In this document: positions 30,411 through 40,214 of the stretch, piece after piece | How positions within the stretch are numbered: position 1 is the first letter of the stretch | Layout: the number at the start of each line of letters is the position of its first letter | Source of the DNA: Nitrospiraceae bacterium | GTDB taxonomy: Bacteria; Nitrospirota; Nitrospiria; Nitrospirales; Nitrospiraceae | Direction of reading: 5' to 3' | Length of the DNA stretch: 64,000 bases | NCBI GenBank assembly: GCA_041908685.1 | Contig: JAYREW010000009.1 | Location: 208,783 to 272,782 of the forward strand | The notes under the pieces: generated by a model | What the model saw: the letters and a program-made list of their open reading frames with translations, nothing else | Database searches by the model: none | What the model was told of the DNA's origin: nothing | Position numbers and translations under genes: made by a program

Positions 30411-31286
30411 TTAGGCAAATACGTAGAGAACGAGCAGGCCCAGCGCGATGCGGTAGTAGGCGAAGGCGCGTAACGTGTGGCGCTTCACAAAGGTGAGGAA
30501 GAGCGCGATGACGGCCCAGGCCGTGAGGAACGAGACAAAGAGGCCGAGGCCCAAGGCCGCGAGGTCCGCGCCGCTCATGGCGGCTTTCGATTTGAGAAAC
30601 TGATACACGGTCGCCGCAATCAGCGTGGGCAGCGCGAGGAAAAAGGAATACTCGGTGGCCACCTTGCGGTCCATGCCCAGGAGCAGCCCCCCGATGATTG
30701 TGGCCCCGGACCGGGACACGCCGGGAATCAACGCCGCACATTGTGCGACCCCGACCCAGAGCGCCGTGATCGGCGTGACCTGCGGGAGTTCGCGAATCGC
30801 GGGCGGCCGCTTCATGGTTTCCACCCACAAGATAATGAACCCGCCGAGAATGGACGAGATGGCCACCATCCGCGGCGTGAACAGCTGCTCTTTGATCCAA
30901 CCGTGCGCCGCAAAGCCGAGCAGCGCAGCGGGCAGAAAGGCCAAGCCGACGCCGATCACAAACCAGAACTGTTGATGGCGGGCAAACGACGCGCGCAGCG
31001 TTTCTCCGAGCGAAGCCGTCCGCTTCTCCGCCAGCAGCTGTCGCAGTTCGTGCTGTTCGCGTAGCGCCCCCGACATGAGTGTGCGGATGCGCTGCCATTC
31101 GTAGACGATCACCGCGAAGATCGCACCGAGCTGAATGGAAATCTCGACGCTGGCGGCGGTGTCGCCGGTGAATCCGAGGGCATGCCCGACGAGAATCAGA
31201 TGGCCGGTGGAGGACACCGGGAGAAACTCCGTCAGTCCCTCGACGATGCCTAAGATGATGGCGAGTTCAGGTCCCCATGTCGTCAC
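30411..31286 (-). CDS. uppP: Undecaprenyl-diphosphate phosphatase
   Basis: 291 aa with a GTG start. Contains GIVEGLTEFLPVSSTGHL and PGVSRSG motifs. Confidence 0.9.
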   Translation of the reverse strand: MTTWGPELAIILGIVEGLTEFLPVSSTGHLILVGHALGFTGDTAASVEISIQLGAIFAVIVYEWQRIRTLMSGALREQHELRQLLAEKRTASLGETLRASFARHQQFWFVIGVGLAFLPAALLGFAAHGWIKEQLFTPRMVAISSILGGFIILWVETMKRPPAIRELPQVTPITALWVGVAQCAALIPGVSRSGATIIGGLLLGMDRKVATEYSFFLALPTLIAATVYQFLKSKAAMSGADLAALGLGLFVSFLTAWAVIALFLTFVKRHTLRAFAYYRIALGLLVLYVFA

Positions 31287-31487
31287 TGCGGATGTCCTTG
31301 CAGAGGTGAGTCGCGTGTTCGGTGGGCATCATCACAGAGGCCTCCGATGCCGTCAAGCGTGCGGGCGAATTCCGCCCGGTCGGCGCGGCGCCGTGTCCTG
31401 TGAGGGCGGCGGCGGAACCGCGCGCACGCTGTGTGCGGCTCGCGTGGTGACAGTCGTGTCGCCGTGCGGTTGAAAACGGTGATCCAG

Positions 31488-31516
31488 TTGACAAACTAGG
31501 GGTCTTGCACTACATC
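31488..31516 (+). promoter_or_regulatory. Sigma70-type promoter candidate (TTGACA-N17-TACATC)
   Basis: Read directly. Lies about 85 nt upstream of ATG 31603. Confidence 0.4.
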
Positions 31517-31602
31517 TTGCAGCATAGTCGTTCTCCTCGACTCGACTCCCTACAGGATTGGTTCTAGCCATCTTTTCTTGGTCTGCTGAAAGGAGACCCT
31601 CC

Positions 31603-32355
31603 ATGAAGTGCTACGTAGCGATGAGCGGCGTGCTGGCGGCGGCGCTGCTGGCCGGCGGTTGTGTGAGCACCGGGAAATACAATGAAGCGATGGCGGAATC
31701 GGAAGCGGCGAAGGCCGAGCTGGAACGGGCGCGCGCACAGAAGAGCGCCCTGGAACAGCAAGTGAAGACGATGAAGGATTTGAACGTGAAGTTCAGCAAC
31801 GAGGCGCAGTCGGCGCGCGATGAGCTGTCGCGGATCGAGCATGGACGCGAAAAGGAGCGCGGCTCCATCGACACCAAGTCGAAGGAGTTGGAGCAGAAGG
31901 TGGCGCAGTTGACCGCGCAGCAGCGCAGCTTGCGGCATGATTACGATGACGTGAAGCGGCATAACGAAACATTGAAGTCGTTGGTGGCCCGGTACCAGAA
32001 GGAACTGAAGGAACGTCCGGTGACCGGCAGTGGCATGGGCAGCGGCGCGGTGGGTAGTGCCCCGTCCAGCTTGAGCTTGCCCGGTGCCTCGGCGCCCAGC
32101 AGCCCGGTGGCTCCGACTGTAGCCAAGGTAGCTCCGGTGCCGATGCCGGCGATGCCGCCGTCCACGGCGAACCTGCTCAATCTGAACAAGGCCTCCGCCA
32201 GCGAGATGGTCGAACAGTTGGGCGTCACCAAGGATGTGGCGGACAAGATCGTCAGCAGCCGCCCGTTCCGCCTGAAGGGCGAGCTGGTCGCCAAGAACCT
32301 GGTGCCGAAGGATACGTATGACGTCATTAAGGATCGTGTGACGGTCGTGCCGTAG
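31603..32355 (+). CDS. Lipoprotein with coiled-coil region, Pro/Ser/Ala linker and C-terminal ComEA-type helix-hairpin-helix domain
   Basis: Starts at ATG 31603 after AAAGGAG, with lipobox LLAGGC. A heptad-rich segment runs from residues 25-140. The C-terminus LNLNKASASEMVEQLGVTKDVADKIVSSRPF matches the ComEA HhH pattern. Confidence 0.7.
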   Translation: MKCYVAMSGVLAAALLAGGCVSTGKYNEAMAESEAAKAELERARAQKSALEQQVKTMKDLNVKFSNEAQSARDELSRIEHGREKERGSIDTKSKELEQKVAQLTAQQRSLRHDYDDVKRHNETLKSLVARYQKELKERPVTGSGMGSGAVGSAPSSLSLPGASAPSSPVAPTVAKVAPVPMPAMPPSTANLLNLNKASASEMVEQLGVTKDVADKIVSSRPFRLKGELVAKNLVPKDTYDVIKDRVTVVP

Positions 32356-32388
32356 TTCCTTCGCATTCTGAGCGCACGTATCAGCGTG

Positions 32389-32430
32389 ACGGGCCGTTTG
32401 CCGACAGTGGGCAGACGGCCCGTTGTGTTT
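32389..32430 (+). terminator. Intrinsic terminator
   Basis: ACGGGCCGT (32389-32397) pairs perfectly with ACGGCCCGT (32415-32423). It is followed by TGTGTTT. Confidence 0.65.
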
Positions 32431-32587
32431 CCGGCCCCGCCTGGTTCCCTCCGGGTCCGTTCGTCCGTCTCCCAATCATCATCGTTGTGCAAGCATTAGC
32501 AAGCGGTGCGCGCGGGCGCATCGCGCCGCGCGATGGTGTCGTTGCGCCGTCTTTCGCAAGATGAATCGCTCCATCGCTCCTGCTACA

Positions 32588-33880
32588 ATGCGCCGAGAGG
32601 CACTCATGATGCGTAAGGGTTTGATTTGGGTCGCGGGCTTGGTCGTGCTGGGCGCGAGCGTGCTCGGGTACATGATGTGGTCGGGCGATCAGGCGCCGCC
32701 GGCGAAGTTCCGGACGGCGACGATCGAGCGCGGCTCCGTGATTTCGGTCGTGACAGCCACGGGGACCGTCAACCCGGTGGTCGCCGTGCAGGTCGGCAGC
32801 CAGGTGTCCGGCTATATCCGCAGTCTGAGCGCCGATTTCAATTCCGTCGTGAAGGCGGGGCAAATCATCGCGCAGATCGATCCGGCGCCGTTTCAGGCGC
32901 GGCGCGATCAGGCCTGGAGCAATCTGCAGATGGCCAAGGCCGCCGTGTCGAAGGCGCAAGTCGACCTGGCGCAAAAGAAACGCGAATGGGAGCGGATGCA
33001 GCGGCTGCTGGGGCAGCAATTCGTGTCGCAGAACGACGTCGATCTGGCGATGACGAACGCGGAGAACGCGCAGGCGCAGCTGCAATTGGCCGGTGCGCAG
33101 GTGAAACAGGCGGAAGCGGCGCTCAGCGCCTCGGAGCTGGATCTCAAATACACGACGATTCGCTCGCCGGTGGATGGAATCGTGATCGCGCGCAACGTGG
33201 AAGTCGGGCAGACGGTGGCGGCCAGTTTTGCCACGCCGAACTTTTTTCTGATCGCGCTGGACCTGACGAAAATGCAGGTGGATACCAACGTGAGCGAAGC
33301 GGACATCGGCGGCATGGCGGACGGGCGCGCGGCGACGTTTACCGTCGATGCCTATCCGGGCGAAGTGTTTCGCGGCGAAATCAAACAGGTACGCAACGCG
33401 CCGTTGGCCGTGCAGAACGTGGTGACGTACAACGTGGTGGTCGGCGTGGACAATCCGGACTTGCGGCTGAAGCCGGGCATGACGGCCAACGTGTCGATCG
33501 TTGTGGCGCAGCGCGATCAAGCCTTGAAAGTCCCGAACGCCGCCTTGCGGTTTACTCCGCCGTCCGGGCTTGCGGGCGGCGCCGGTCGTGCGGATGCGGC
33601 AGCGCCGAAGTCGGCCGGCGGCGAGGGCGGTGGTGCGGCTGCCGCGTCGGTCGGGAAACGGCTCTGGCGCCTTGGTGCCGGTGGTGTGCCGGAACCGGTG
33701 GCGGTGCAGGCAGGCGTCTCGGACGGCACCATGACGGAAGTCGTCGGCGCAGAACTGCAAGAGGGCGAGAAGGTGATCATCGGGGTCGACGCGGGTCGCG
33801 GCCCGCGCAGCGCCTCGTCCTCGTCGCTCCCACCAGGCTTTGGGTCCGGCCAACGGCGCAATCGCGACCGTGGGCTCTAG
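32588..33880 (+). CDS. macA: HlyD/MacA-type periplasmic adaptor (membrane fusion protein)
   Basis: N-terminal anchor, coiled-coil hairpin, and IRSPVDGIVIARNVEVGQTV lipoyl/beta-barrel motifs. The start is ambiguous (32588, 32606 or 32609). Confidence 0.85.
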   Translation: MRREALMMRKGLIWVAGLVVLGASVLGYMMWSGDQAPPAKFRTATIERGSVISVVTATGTVNPVVAVQVGSQVSGYIRSLSADFNSVVKAGQIIAQIDPAPFQARRDQAWSNLQMAKAAVSKAQVDLAQKKREWERMQRLLGQQFVSQNDVDLAMTNAENAQAQLQLAGAQVKQAEAALSASELDLKYTTIRSPVDGIVIARNVEVGQTVAASFATPNFFLIALDLTKMQVDTNVSEADIGGMADGRAATFTVDAYPGEVFRGEIKQVRNAPLAVQNVVTYNVVVGVDNPDLRLKPGMTANVSIVVAQRDQALKVPNAALRFTPPSGLAGGAGRADAAAPKSAGGEGGGAAAASVGKRLWRLGAGGVPEPVAVQAGVSDGTMTEVVGAELQEGEKVIIGVDAGRGPRSASSSSLPPGFGSGQRRNRDRGL

Positions 33881-33910
33881 CCCTGTGATGGCGGCATCCC
33901 GACGGACCCC

Positions 33911-34642
33911 ATGCCCGAACTGATCGTCTGCCGAGACCTCTGGAAAGTCTATCGCGTGGGCGATGTCGAGGTCGCGGCGCTCCGCGGGGCCAGCCTGACG
34001 ATCGAGAGCGGAGAGTTCGTCGCCATCGTGGGCGCCTCCGGTTCGGGCAAATCCACGCTCATGTATATCCTCGGCTGTCTCGACGCGCCGACGCGCGGGC
34101 AATACTTACTCAACGGGCGCGATGTCGTGGCCGCCGGCGCGAACGAGCTGGCCGATATCCGCAATCACCAAATCGGATTCGTCTTCCAAAGTTTCAATCT
34201 GATCCCGCGCACCAGTGCGCTGGAGAACGCGCAGTTGCCGTTGTTCTATCGCGGCATGCCCTTGCGCGAACAGCGCGCGCGCGCCGCCGCGGCGTTGGCG
34301 CGTGTGGGGTTGGCCGGGCGTGAAGAGCATAGTCCCACGCAATTGTCGGGCGGGCAGCAGCAGCGCGTGGCCATTGCGCGGGCGTTGGTGACACAACCGT
34401 CGCTGCTGTTAGCGGACGAGCCGACCGGAAATTTGGATACGGAATCCAGCCGAGAAATTATGGGCGTGTTGGAGGCGCTCAACCGCCAGGACGGCATGAC
34501 CGTCATCGTGGTCACGCATGAAGCGGATATCGCCGCCTACGCGTCCCGCCAGATCGTCGTCAAAGACGGCGAGATCGTCGCCGATCGCCGCGTGGCGCCG
34601 GGCACGCCGGTCGCCACGCCATCACCCATCGGGTCGGCCTGA
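33911..34642 (+). CDS. MacB/LolD-family ABC ATP-binding protein
   Basis: [24 protein letters not shown] and [12 protein letters not shown] motifs. Confidence 0.9.
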   Translation: MPELIVCRDLWKVYRVGDVEVAALRGASLTIESGEFVAIVGASGSGKSTLMYILGCLDAPTRGQYLLNGRDVVAAGANELADIRNHQIGFVFQSFNLIPRTSALENAQLPLFYRGMPLREQRARAAAALARVGLAGREEHSPTQLSGGQQQRVAIARALVTQPSLLLADEPTGNLDTESSREIMGVLEALNRQDGMTVIVVTHEADIAAYASRQIVVKDGEIVADRRVAPGTPVATPSPIGSA

Positions 34643-35877
34643 TGTACGCCTTTCTTGCCCTCACCTTCGCCACGGCTTTGCGGGTGCTCTCCCGCAATCG
34701 GCTGCGCGCCGGACTCACCATGTTGGGCATTATCATCGGCGTGGGGGCCGTCATCGCGATGGTGGGCATCGGCGAGGGCGCACGCAGCGCCATCCATGCG
34801 CAAATCGCCAGCATGGGGACGAACGTCATCATCATTCTGCCGGGCGCCACCACCGTCGGCGGTGTGCGCGGCGGGCAGGGCGGCGCGCTGACGTTGACGG
34901 TGACCGACGGCATGGATCTGAAGAAGCGGGTGCCGCTGCTGACCGACACGGGCTGGAGCAAGCGCGATGTGTTGCAGATCGTGTACGGCAACAAAAATTG
35001 GAGCGGCCCGGTCAACGGTATTTCGCCCTCGTATCTGACGATTCGCGATTGGAGCTATACGAGCGGCGGCGGCTTTACGCAGGCGGAAGTCGACGCGGGC
35101 GCGCGCGTGGCCCTGCTGGGGCAGACCGTCGTGGAAAATCTGTTCGACCCGGGCGAGGAGCCGGTGGATGCGACGATTCGCATCAAGGGCGTGCCATTTC
35201 GTGTCGTCGGCGTGTTGGCGCCCAAAGGGCAGTCGGCGCAGGGATCCGATCAGGACGACGTGATCTTCATTCCCTTCACGACTGCGGAGCGCAAGGTGCT
35301 CGGCACGTCGTTTCTCGGCTCTGTCGGCGCGCTGTTCGCATCGACGGCGAATCCGGACGATTTGTCCGATGCGGTGGAGCAGATCCGCGAGGTGTTGCGC
35401 GCACGGCATCGGCTGGTGGGCGATACGCCGGATGATTTTACGCTGCGGACGCAAGTCGATATCGGAAAGGTGCAGGAGGGCATTACCTCGACGATTACGA
35501 ACATGCTGTTTGCCGTGGCGTCGATCTCGCTGCTGGTCGGCGGCATCGGCATCATGAATATTTTGTTGGTGTCCGTGACCGAGCGCACGCGGGAGATCGG
35601 CGTGCGCATGGCGGTCGGGGCCAAGCGGCGGCATATTCTGCTGCAGTTTTTGATCGAAGCAATGACGCTGAGTCTGTGCGGCGGGCTGCTCGGAATTGTG
35701 CTGGGTGTGGCCGCCTCAAAATTAACGACCACGCTGGCCGGGTGGCCGACGGTCGTTTCGTTTCAGGCGATCGTGCTGGCCTTTGTGTTTTCGCTCGCGA
35801 TCGGACTCTTCTTCGGGCTCTATCCCGCCAACAAAGCCTCTCGGCTGAATCCCATCGAAGCGTTGCGGTACGAGTAG
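34642..35877 (+). CDS. MacB/FtsX-family ABC permease
   Basis: 411 aa with TM1, a large periplasmic MacB_PCD-like domain, and 3 further TMs. Ends in NPIEALRYE. Its start forms an ATGA overlap with the ATPase gene. Confidence 0.9.
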   Translation: MYAFLALTFATALRVLSRNRLRAGLTMLGIIIGVGAVIAMVGIGEGARSAIHAQIASMGTNVIIILPGATTVGGVRGGQGGALTLTVTDGMDLKKRVPLLTDTGWSKRDVLQIVYGNKNWSGPVNGISPSYLTIRDWSYTSGGGFTQAEVDAGARVALLGQTVVENLFDPGEEPVDATIRIKGVPFRVVGVLAPKGQSAQGSDQDDVIFIPFTTAERKVLGTSFLGSVGALFASTANPDDLSDAVEQIREVLRARHRLVGDTPDDFTLRTQVDIGKVQEGITSTITNMLFAVASISLLVGGIGIMNILLVSVTERTREIGVRMAVGAKRRHILLQFLIEAMTLSLCGGLLGIVLGVAASKLTTTLAGWPTVVSFQAIVLAFVFSLAIGLFFGLYPANKASRLNPIEALRYE

Positions 35878-35902
35878 GGCGTGGGTGTGCGCCACATGGC
35901 GC

Positions 35903-36349
35903 TTACTGCGGCTCGGCGTGGTCTTGGGTAGGCGCGAGTGACAGCTCGATGCGGGGAGATTCGCGGTCCTGCCTTTTGTAGAGGTGGATTTCCGCAATCT
36001 TGTTGTCGTTCACACCGAGCGCGTCGCAGACGGCGTCCTGCGTGATCTTCAAACCGCCGTCCACATCGCGCCTGATAGCCGACGCGAAATAAAACCGAAT
36101 CGTGAGCGTGAGCGGCGCCGCCTGGACGCATGCGAGCAGGTCGGCGCGGTGCCGATGTCCCGCCAGCGCGGTGAGGATTCGCTGGCCGACTTCCGTCTTG
36201 TAGGCGCGGCCCGCCGTGCTCATCACGCGGCGTCCTTGGACGGTGGCATAGTGGTGATTGATGCTGGGCGGCACCGGCAGCGTGATCGTCAAGCGGTCCG
36301 GGGCAATTTCCGCTGCGGGGAACGCGAGGCCGGTCGCCTGCTGCGTCAT
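35903..36349 (-). CDS. rusA: RusA-family Holliday junction resolvase
   Basis: LPVPPSINHHY, RRDVDGGLKITQDAVCDAL and IAEIHLYK match the RusA motifs. An alternative GTG start at 36505 would add 52 residues. Confidence 0.75.
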   Translation of the reverse strand: MTQQATGLAFPAAEIAPDRLTITLPVPPSINHHYATVQGRRVMSTAGRAYKTEVGQRILTALAGHRHRADLLACVQAAPLTLTIRFYFASAIRRDVDGGLKITQDAVCDALGVNDNKIAEIHLYKRQDRESPRIELSLAPTQDHAEPQ

Positions 36350-36523
36350 GGAGAGCTGCGGGCGCGCGCGCAACCGCACCGGCTGTGGGAGTCCGTTGGC
36401 GGTCAGCCGCTGTTTGGATGCAGGGGCGTCATTCGCGGGCGTCGCCGGACGATACGACACGAGTCGCATCGAAAGCGGTTTTGGAGGACTTTTGCGTCGT
36501 GCCACCGTACGGTGCGAAGGGGC

Positions 36524-36967
36524 TTACAGGAGGTTCTCGATCTTGCCGCGGTGCTGTTCGTAGTGATCTTCGGTCTTGGTGACGTAGCGTCTCCACTCGG
36601 AGGGATTCCACAGTTCCAGCCGGTGGTACATGCCGACGAGCACGATTTCCTGCTCTTCGTCGAGGGGGATGAGCTTGCGGAGCCGTCCCGGGATCAGCAC
36701 GCGCCCGGCCTTGTCGATGTCGGAGGTGCCGGCTTCGGACACGATGAAGTGCATGAACATGCGACTCTGGTCTTCATCCAGCTTCGCCCGCATGCGATCG
36801 AGCACCTTGTCCCACTCGCTGCTCGTGTAAACCCAGAGCGACTGCTCCGCGCCCTTGACGAAGACCACGGCCTGCTCGCTGGATTCCACCTGCTGACGGA
36901 TCGTCGGCGGGACGATGAAACGTCCCTTGTCGTCGACCTTGCAGTAGTATTCGCCGGCAAACATCAT
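36524..36967 (-). CDS. mraZ: Transcriptional regulator MraZ
   Basis: Two SpoVT/AbrB-like halves carrying DDKGRFIVP and DKAGRVLIP. Starts at MMFAGEY. Confidence 0.85.
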   Translation of the reverse strand: MMFAGEYYCKVDDKGRFIVPPTIRQQVESSEQAVVFVKGAEQSLWVYTSSEWDKVLDRMRAKLDEDQSRMFMHFIVSEAGTSDIDKAGRVLIPGRLRKLIPLDEEQEIVLVGMYHRLELWNPSEWRRYVTKTEDHYEQHRGKIENLL

Positions 36968-37037
36968 CAGCGGGTCTCGATCAGGTGCGGTGCGAGAGGC
37001 GGCACAGGCAACCGGTTTAATGCAGGGTACCGAGTCG

Positions 37038-37066
37038 ATGGTATGAAGAACGCCTTGTGATGTCAA
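37038..37066 (-). promoter_or_regulatory. Sigma70-type promoter candidate (TTGACA-N17-TACCAT) upstream of mraZ
   Basis: The minus strand reads TTGACA (37066-37061), a 17-nt spacer, then TACCAT (37043-37038). Confidence 0.45.
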
Positions 37067-37084
37067 GCGCTTGGGGAAATGCGG

Positions 37085-37972
37085 CTAGGGAAGATTCCGC
37101 AGGGGCGAGGAACGAGGCGGGGTGGGCGCAGGGCGGTTGGTGGCGGCGAGGGTTCGTGCCAGGGTGAGGACGGTCACGGGACCGCTGCCTGATTTGCGCA
37201 GGGCCTTGGCGCATTCGTTGACGGTGGTGCCGGTCGTCAGCACGTCGTCAATCAGCAGAATGCGCCGTCCCGTGAGGCGTTCCGCCTGCTGCACCGCAAA
37301 GGCGCAGCGGAGGTTTTTGACGCGCGCGCGGCGAGTCAGTGACGTTTGGGGTGCCCCACCGTCCACCCGCACCAACGACAAGGCATCCAGCGGGCGGCCA
37401 ATAGCTTGCGCGATCGACCGGGCCAGCAGCAGCGACTGGTTGTATTCGCGCTCGCGCAGCCGCGACGGCGGCAGCGGCACGGGCATGACGAGGTCGATGG
37501 ATGCGGCGCACTCGGCCAGCCTGGCGCTTCCGAGACTGTCCACCATCATCTGCCCGAGTAGCGGGCCGAGAGCGAGGGTGCGTCCGTACTTGAAGCGGTG
37601 GATCGCGTCGCGTAGTGGACTCGCGTAGGGATAGAGTGAAAGGGCGCGGCTGTAAGCCGGTTTGTCGCTCCGGCAGGCGCCGCACACATAGCCGGGGCTG
37701 AATTGGAGCGTCACGGATGACGCGAAGGGCGTTCCGCATCGCGGGCATTGCGGCCCGGCAAGTGGAACGAGTTGTAGACGGCAGTCGTCGCAGAAGAATG
37801 GGATGCGGTTTCCGCCGAGAGGTTTGTCGCAGCCGACGCAGGTGGCGGGGAGCACGGCATACCAGAGGGCATCCCAGACTCGTTGCCAGATCGGCGCCGG
37901 TGTAGCAGGCGTCAATGGCGCGGGCGGCAATAAGACGGCGTCGGCCCTGTGTAATTGTTGTGGCCGGGACAT
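37085..37972 (-). CDS. comF: ComF-family protein (phosphoribosyltransferase domain with N-terminal zinc-finger motifs)
   Basis: CVGCD...FFCDDC...CPRCG...CGAC cysteine pairs, and the PRT motif ILLIDDVLTTGTT. Confidence 0.8.
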   Translation of the reverse strand: MSRPQQLHRADAVLLPPAPLTPATPAPIWQRVWDALWYAVLPATCVGCDKPLGGNRIPFFCDDCRLQLVPLAGPQCPRCGTPFASSVTLQFSPGYVCGACRSDKPAYSRALSLYPYASPLRDAIHRFKYGRTLALGPLLGQMMVDSLGSARLAECAASIDLVMPVPLPPSRLREREYNQSLLLARSIAQAIGRPLDALSLVRVDGGAPQTSLTRRARVKNLRCAFAVQQAERLTGRRILLIDDVLTTGTTVNECAKALRKSGSGPVTVLTLARTLAATNRPAPTPPRSSPLRNLP

Positions 37973-38021
37973 TGTGGTATAGCTCCGAGTCCCCATGTAC
38001 CGTCCCGATTCCACGCCCGCC

Positions 38022-38708
38022 ATGGTCGAGCTTCGCCAGGTCGTCAAGATCTACCACCGCGGCGCAAATCCTGTCCAGGCGCTGGCCGGTGTGGACCTGA
38101 CGGTGGCGGCGGGCGAATTTGTGGCGATTCTTGGACCGAGCGGTTGCGGCAAAAGCACGTTGCTGAATCTGGTGGGCGGCTTGGATGCGCCGACTAGCGG
38201 CGAACTGCAGGTCGACGGACGTCGTGCGACCGCTTGGTCGTCCAACGAGTGGACGGCGGCGCGCCGTGACGTGATCGGCGTGATCTTTCAAGCCTTCCAT
38301 CTGTTGCCGGGGCTGACGGCGGCGGAGAACGTCGGCCTTCCGCTGGTACTGCAGGGCTGCGCGCCGACGATGATCGCGACCGCCGTGGCGGAGCAACTGG
38401 CGGCCGTGGGGTTGGCCCATCGCGCCGCGCATCGACCCGGTGAACTGTCGGGCGGGGAGCAGCAGCGCGTGGCGGTGGCGCGCGCCTTGGTGCATCGGCC
38501 GAAACTTCTGCTGGCGGATGAGCCGACCGGCAACCTCGATTCCGAGTCGGCCGACAGCGTGATCGCGTTGCTGCGGACCTTGCCCCGTCAGCGGGGCTGC
38601 ACTATCATGCTGGCCACCCACAGTCAGGCGGCCGCTGATGCGGCGGATCGCCTGTGTCTCATGAAAGACGGACGAATCATCGAGCAGAGGAGTGTGGCGC
38701 GTGTCTGA
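38022..38708 (+). CDS. ABC ATP-binding protein (YbbA/LolD-like)
   Basis: [24 protein letters not shown] and [12 protein letters not shown] motifs. Start set at ATG 38022 ([11 protein letters not shown]). Confidence 0.9.
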   Translation: MVELRQVVKIYHRGANPVQALAGVDLTVAAGEFVAILGPSGCGKSTLLNLVGGLDAPTSGELQVDGRRATAWSSNEWTAARRDVIGVIFQAFHLLPGLTAAENVGLPLVLQGCAPTMIATAVAEQLAAVGLAHRAAHRPGELSGGEQQRVAVARALVHRPKLLLADEPTGNLDSESADSVIALLRTLPRQRGCTIMLATHSQAAADAADRLCLMKDGRIIEQRSVARV

Positions 38709-39648
38709 GCCTGCCGTTGCGGTTGACCTCTCGACCACCATCGCCGGAGTGCGGTTGCCCAGTTGTCTGATGAATGCCTCGGGCGCGCTCTGTGTGACGC
38801 CGGAGCAGTTGCATGCGCTGGGGGCCTCCCGCGCCGGGGCCGTCGTGACGAAGTCCATGACGGTCGAGCCGCGTCAGGGGAATCCGGAGCCCAGGTATTA
38901 CGGTTTTCCATCCGGTTCCATCAATTCGATGGGCCTGCCCAATTTGGGATACCGCGCCTATGCGGAGATCATCCCGACGCTGCGTCGGCACGGGAAGCCG
39001 GTGATCGCGAGTGTGGCCGGACTGTGTGAAGACGACTTTGTGACGATCGCGCAGGCGATCAATGCCAGCGGGCCGGACCTGATCGAGGTCAATCTCTCCT
39101 GCCCGAATATTCCCGGCAAGCCGCAAATCGGGTATGACGCGGAGGCGTCGGAGCGGTTGCTCAAGCGGGTGCGGCCGTTGATTACGGTCCCTATGGGAGT
39201 GAAGCTGCCACCGTATTTCGATCCGGCGCACCATCAGCAGATGGCGCAAGTCCTCGGACGTGTCGGCGTCGATTTTCTGTCGCTGATCAATTCGGTCGGG
39301 AACGCGTTGGTGGTCGATCCTGAGCGTGAAGCGGTGGTGATTAAGCCCAAGGGCGGATTCGGCGGGTTAGGCGGCGCGATCATCAAGCCGGTGGCGTTGG
39401 CCAACGTGCGGGCGTTTTGGAAACTCTTCGAAGGGAAACTGCCGATCATCGGAACCGGTGGGGTCGTGCACGGGGGCGATATTTTTGAGCACGTGCTGTG
39501 CGGCGCGTCGGCGGTGCAAATCGGCACGGCGCTGCACGAAGAAGGCCCCGGCGTCTTCGCGCGTCTGGAACAGGAACTGGCCGACGTGCTTCGTCGGCGC
39601 GGCTATGCGTCGGTCGCCGCCTGTCGCGGGCGCCTCAAGGAGCTCTAG
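38701..39648 (+). CDS. pyrD: Dihydroorotate dehydrogenase, class 1 (Cys active-site base)
   Basis: NASG, NLSCPN and IIGTGGV motifs. Start is at GTG 38701, about 9 nt after GAGGAG, or at GTG 38692. It overlaps the stop of the preceding ATPase gene. Confidence 0.9.
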   Translation: MSEPAVAVDLSTTIAGVRLPSCLMNASGALCVTPEQLHALGASRAGAVVTKSMTVEPRQGNPEPRYYGFPSGSINSMGLPNLGYRAYAEIIPTLRRHGKPVIASVAGLCEDDFVTIAQAINASGPDLIEVNLSCPNIPGKPQIGYDAEASERLLKRVRPLITVPMGVKLPPYFDPAHHQQMAQVLGRVGVDFLSLINSVGNALVVDPEREAVVIKPKGGFGGLGGAIIKPVALANVRAFWKLFEGKLPIIGTGGVVHGGDIFEHVLCGASAVQIGTALHEEGPGVFARLEQELADVLRRRGYASVAACRGRLKEL

Positions 39649-39715
39649 CGAGCGCGCAAGACGACCGGCCCTCGGATGAGGGCTCGGCAGTCCTGCGTAT
39701 CGACGCTGTGACGGA

Positions 39716-40018
39716 TTATCCGGCGAGAAAATTCTTCGGCAGGTGCTTGAACTTCAACGCTTCGCGCAGCAATTGCGCGACGTTGCGCACACCCAGGCGG
39801 CGCATCAAATTGAAGCGATGCACTTCGACGGTGCGGACGCTGATCTTGAGGCGATGCGCGGTCTCTCGGTTGGTCATACCCTGCGCGACGCATCGGAGAA
39901 TTTCCAACTGGCGCGGGGTCAACGAGGGACCGGCCACGGACTTCTTGGCGACGGGGGCTTTGGGGCGGCGGACGGGTTGTTTCTTCTCTGCTGGTTTCTT
40001 CTTACGTGTACGTGCCAT
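39716..40018 (-). CDS. Stand-alone LuxR/GerE-type HTH protein with basic N-terminal tail
   Basis: 100 aa from ATG 40018. Begins MARTRKKKPAEKKQPVRRPK, then LTPRQLEILRCVAQGMTNRETAHRLKISVRTVEVHR. Confidence 0.8.
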   Translation of the reverse strand: MARTRKKKPAEKKQPVRRPKAPVAKKSVAGPSLTPRQLEILRCVAQGMTNRETAHRLKISVRTVEVHRFNLMRRLGVRNVAQLLREALKFKHLPKNFLAG

Positions 40019-40214
40019 GACAAGTCCTCTGTAAAAAATTCGATTCACCCTAGCACAGCACCGGACCGCTGTAAACATCCTACCGGTAGAATTCCGCAAG
40101 GAAGTCCACGAGCGTTCCTCGCGGCGTGCGGCTGCTTGTTATTTATACGTGAGTCGGTCTCCATGGTTCAAGTGTCTGTGACGGGTGTGGAAGAAAAAAT
40201 GATCGAGGCGGCGG

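Noticed and set aside
32381-34102. 573-aa minus-strand ORF
   Set aside because: It is antisense to the MacA adaptor gene, is Arg-rich, and has no motif.
37248-38858. 536-aa minus-strand ORF
   Set aside because: It overlaps comF out of frame and runs antisense to the ABC ATPase. No motif.
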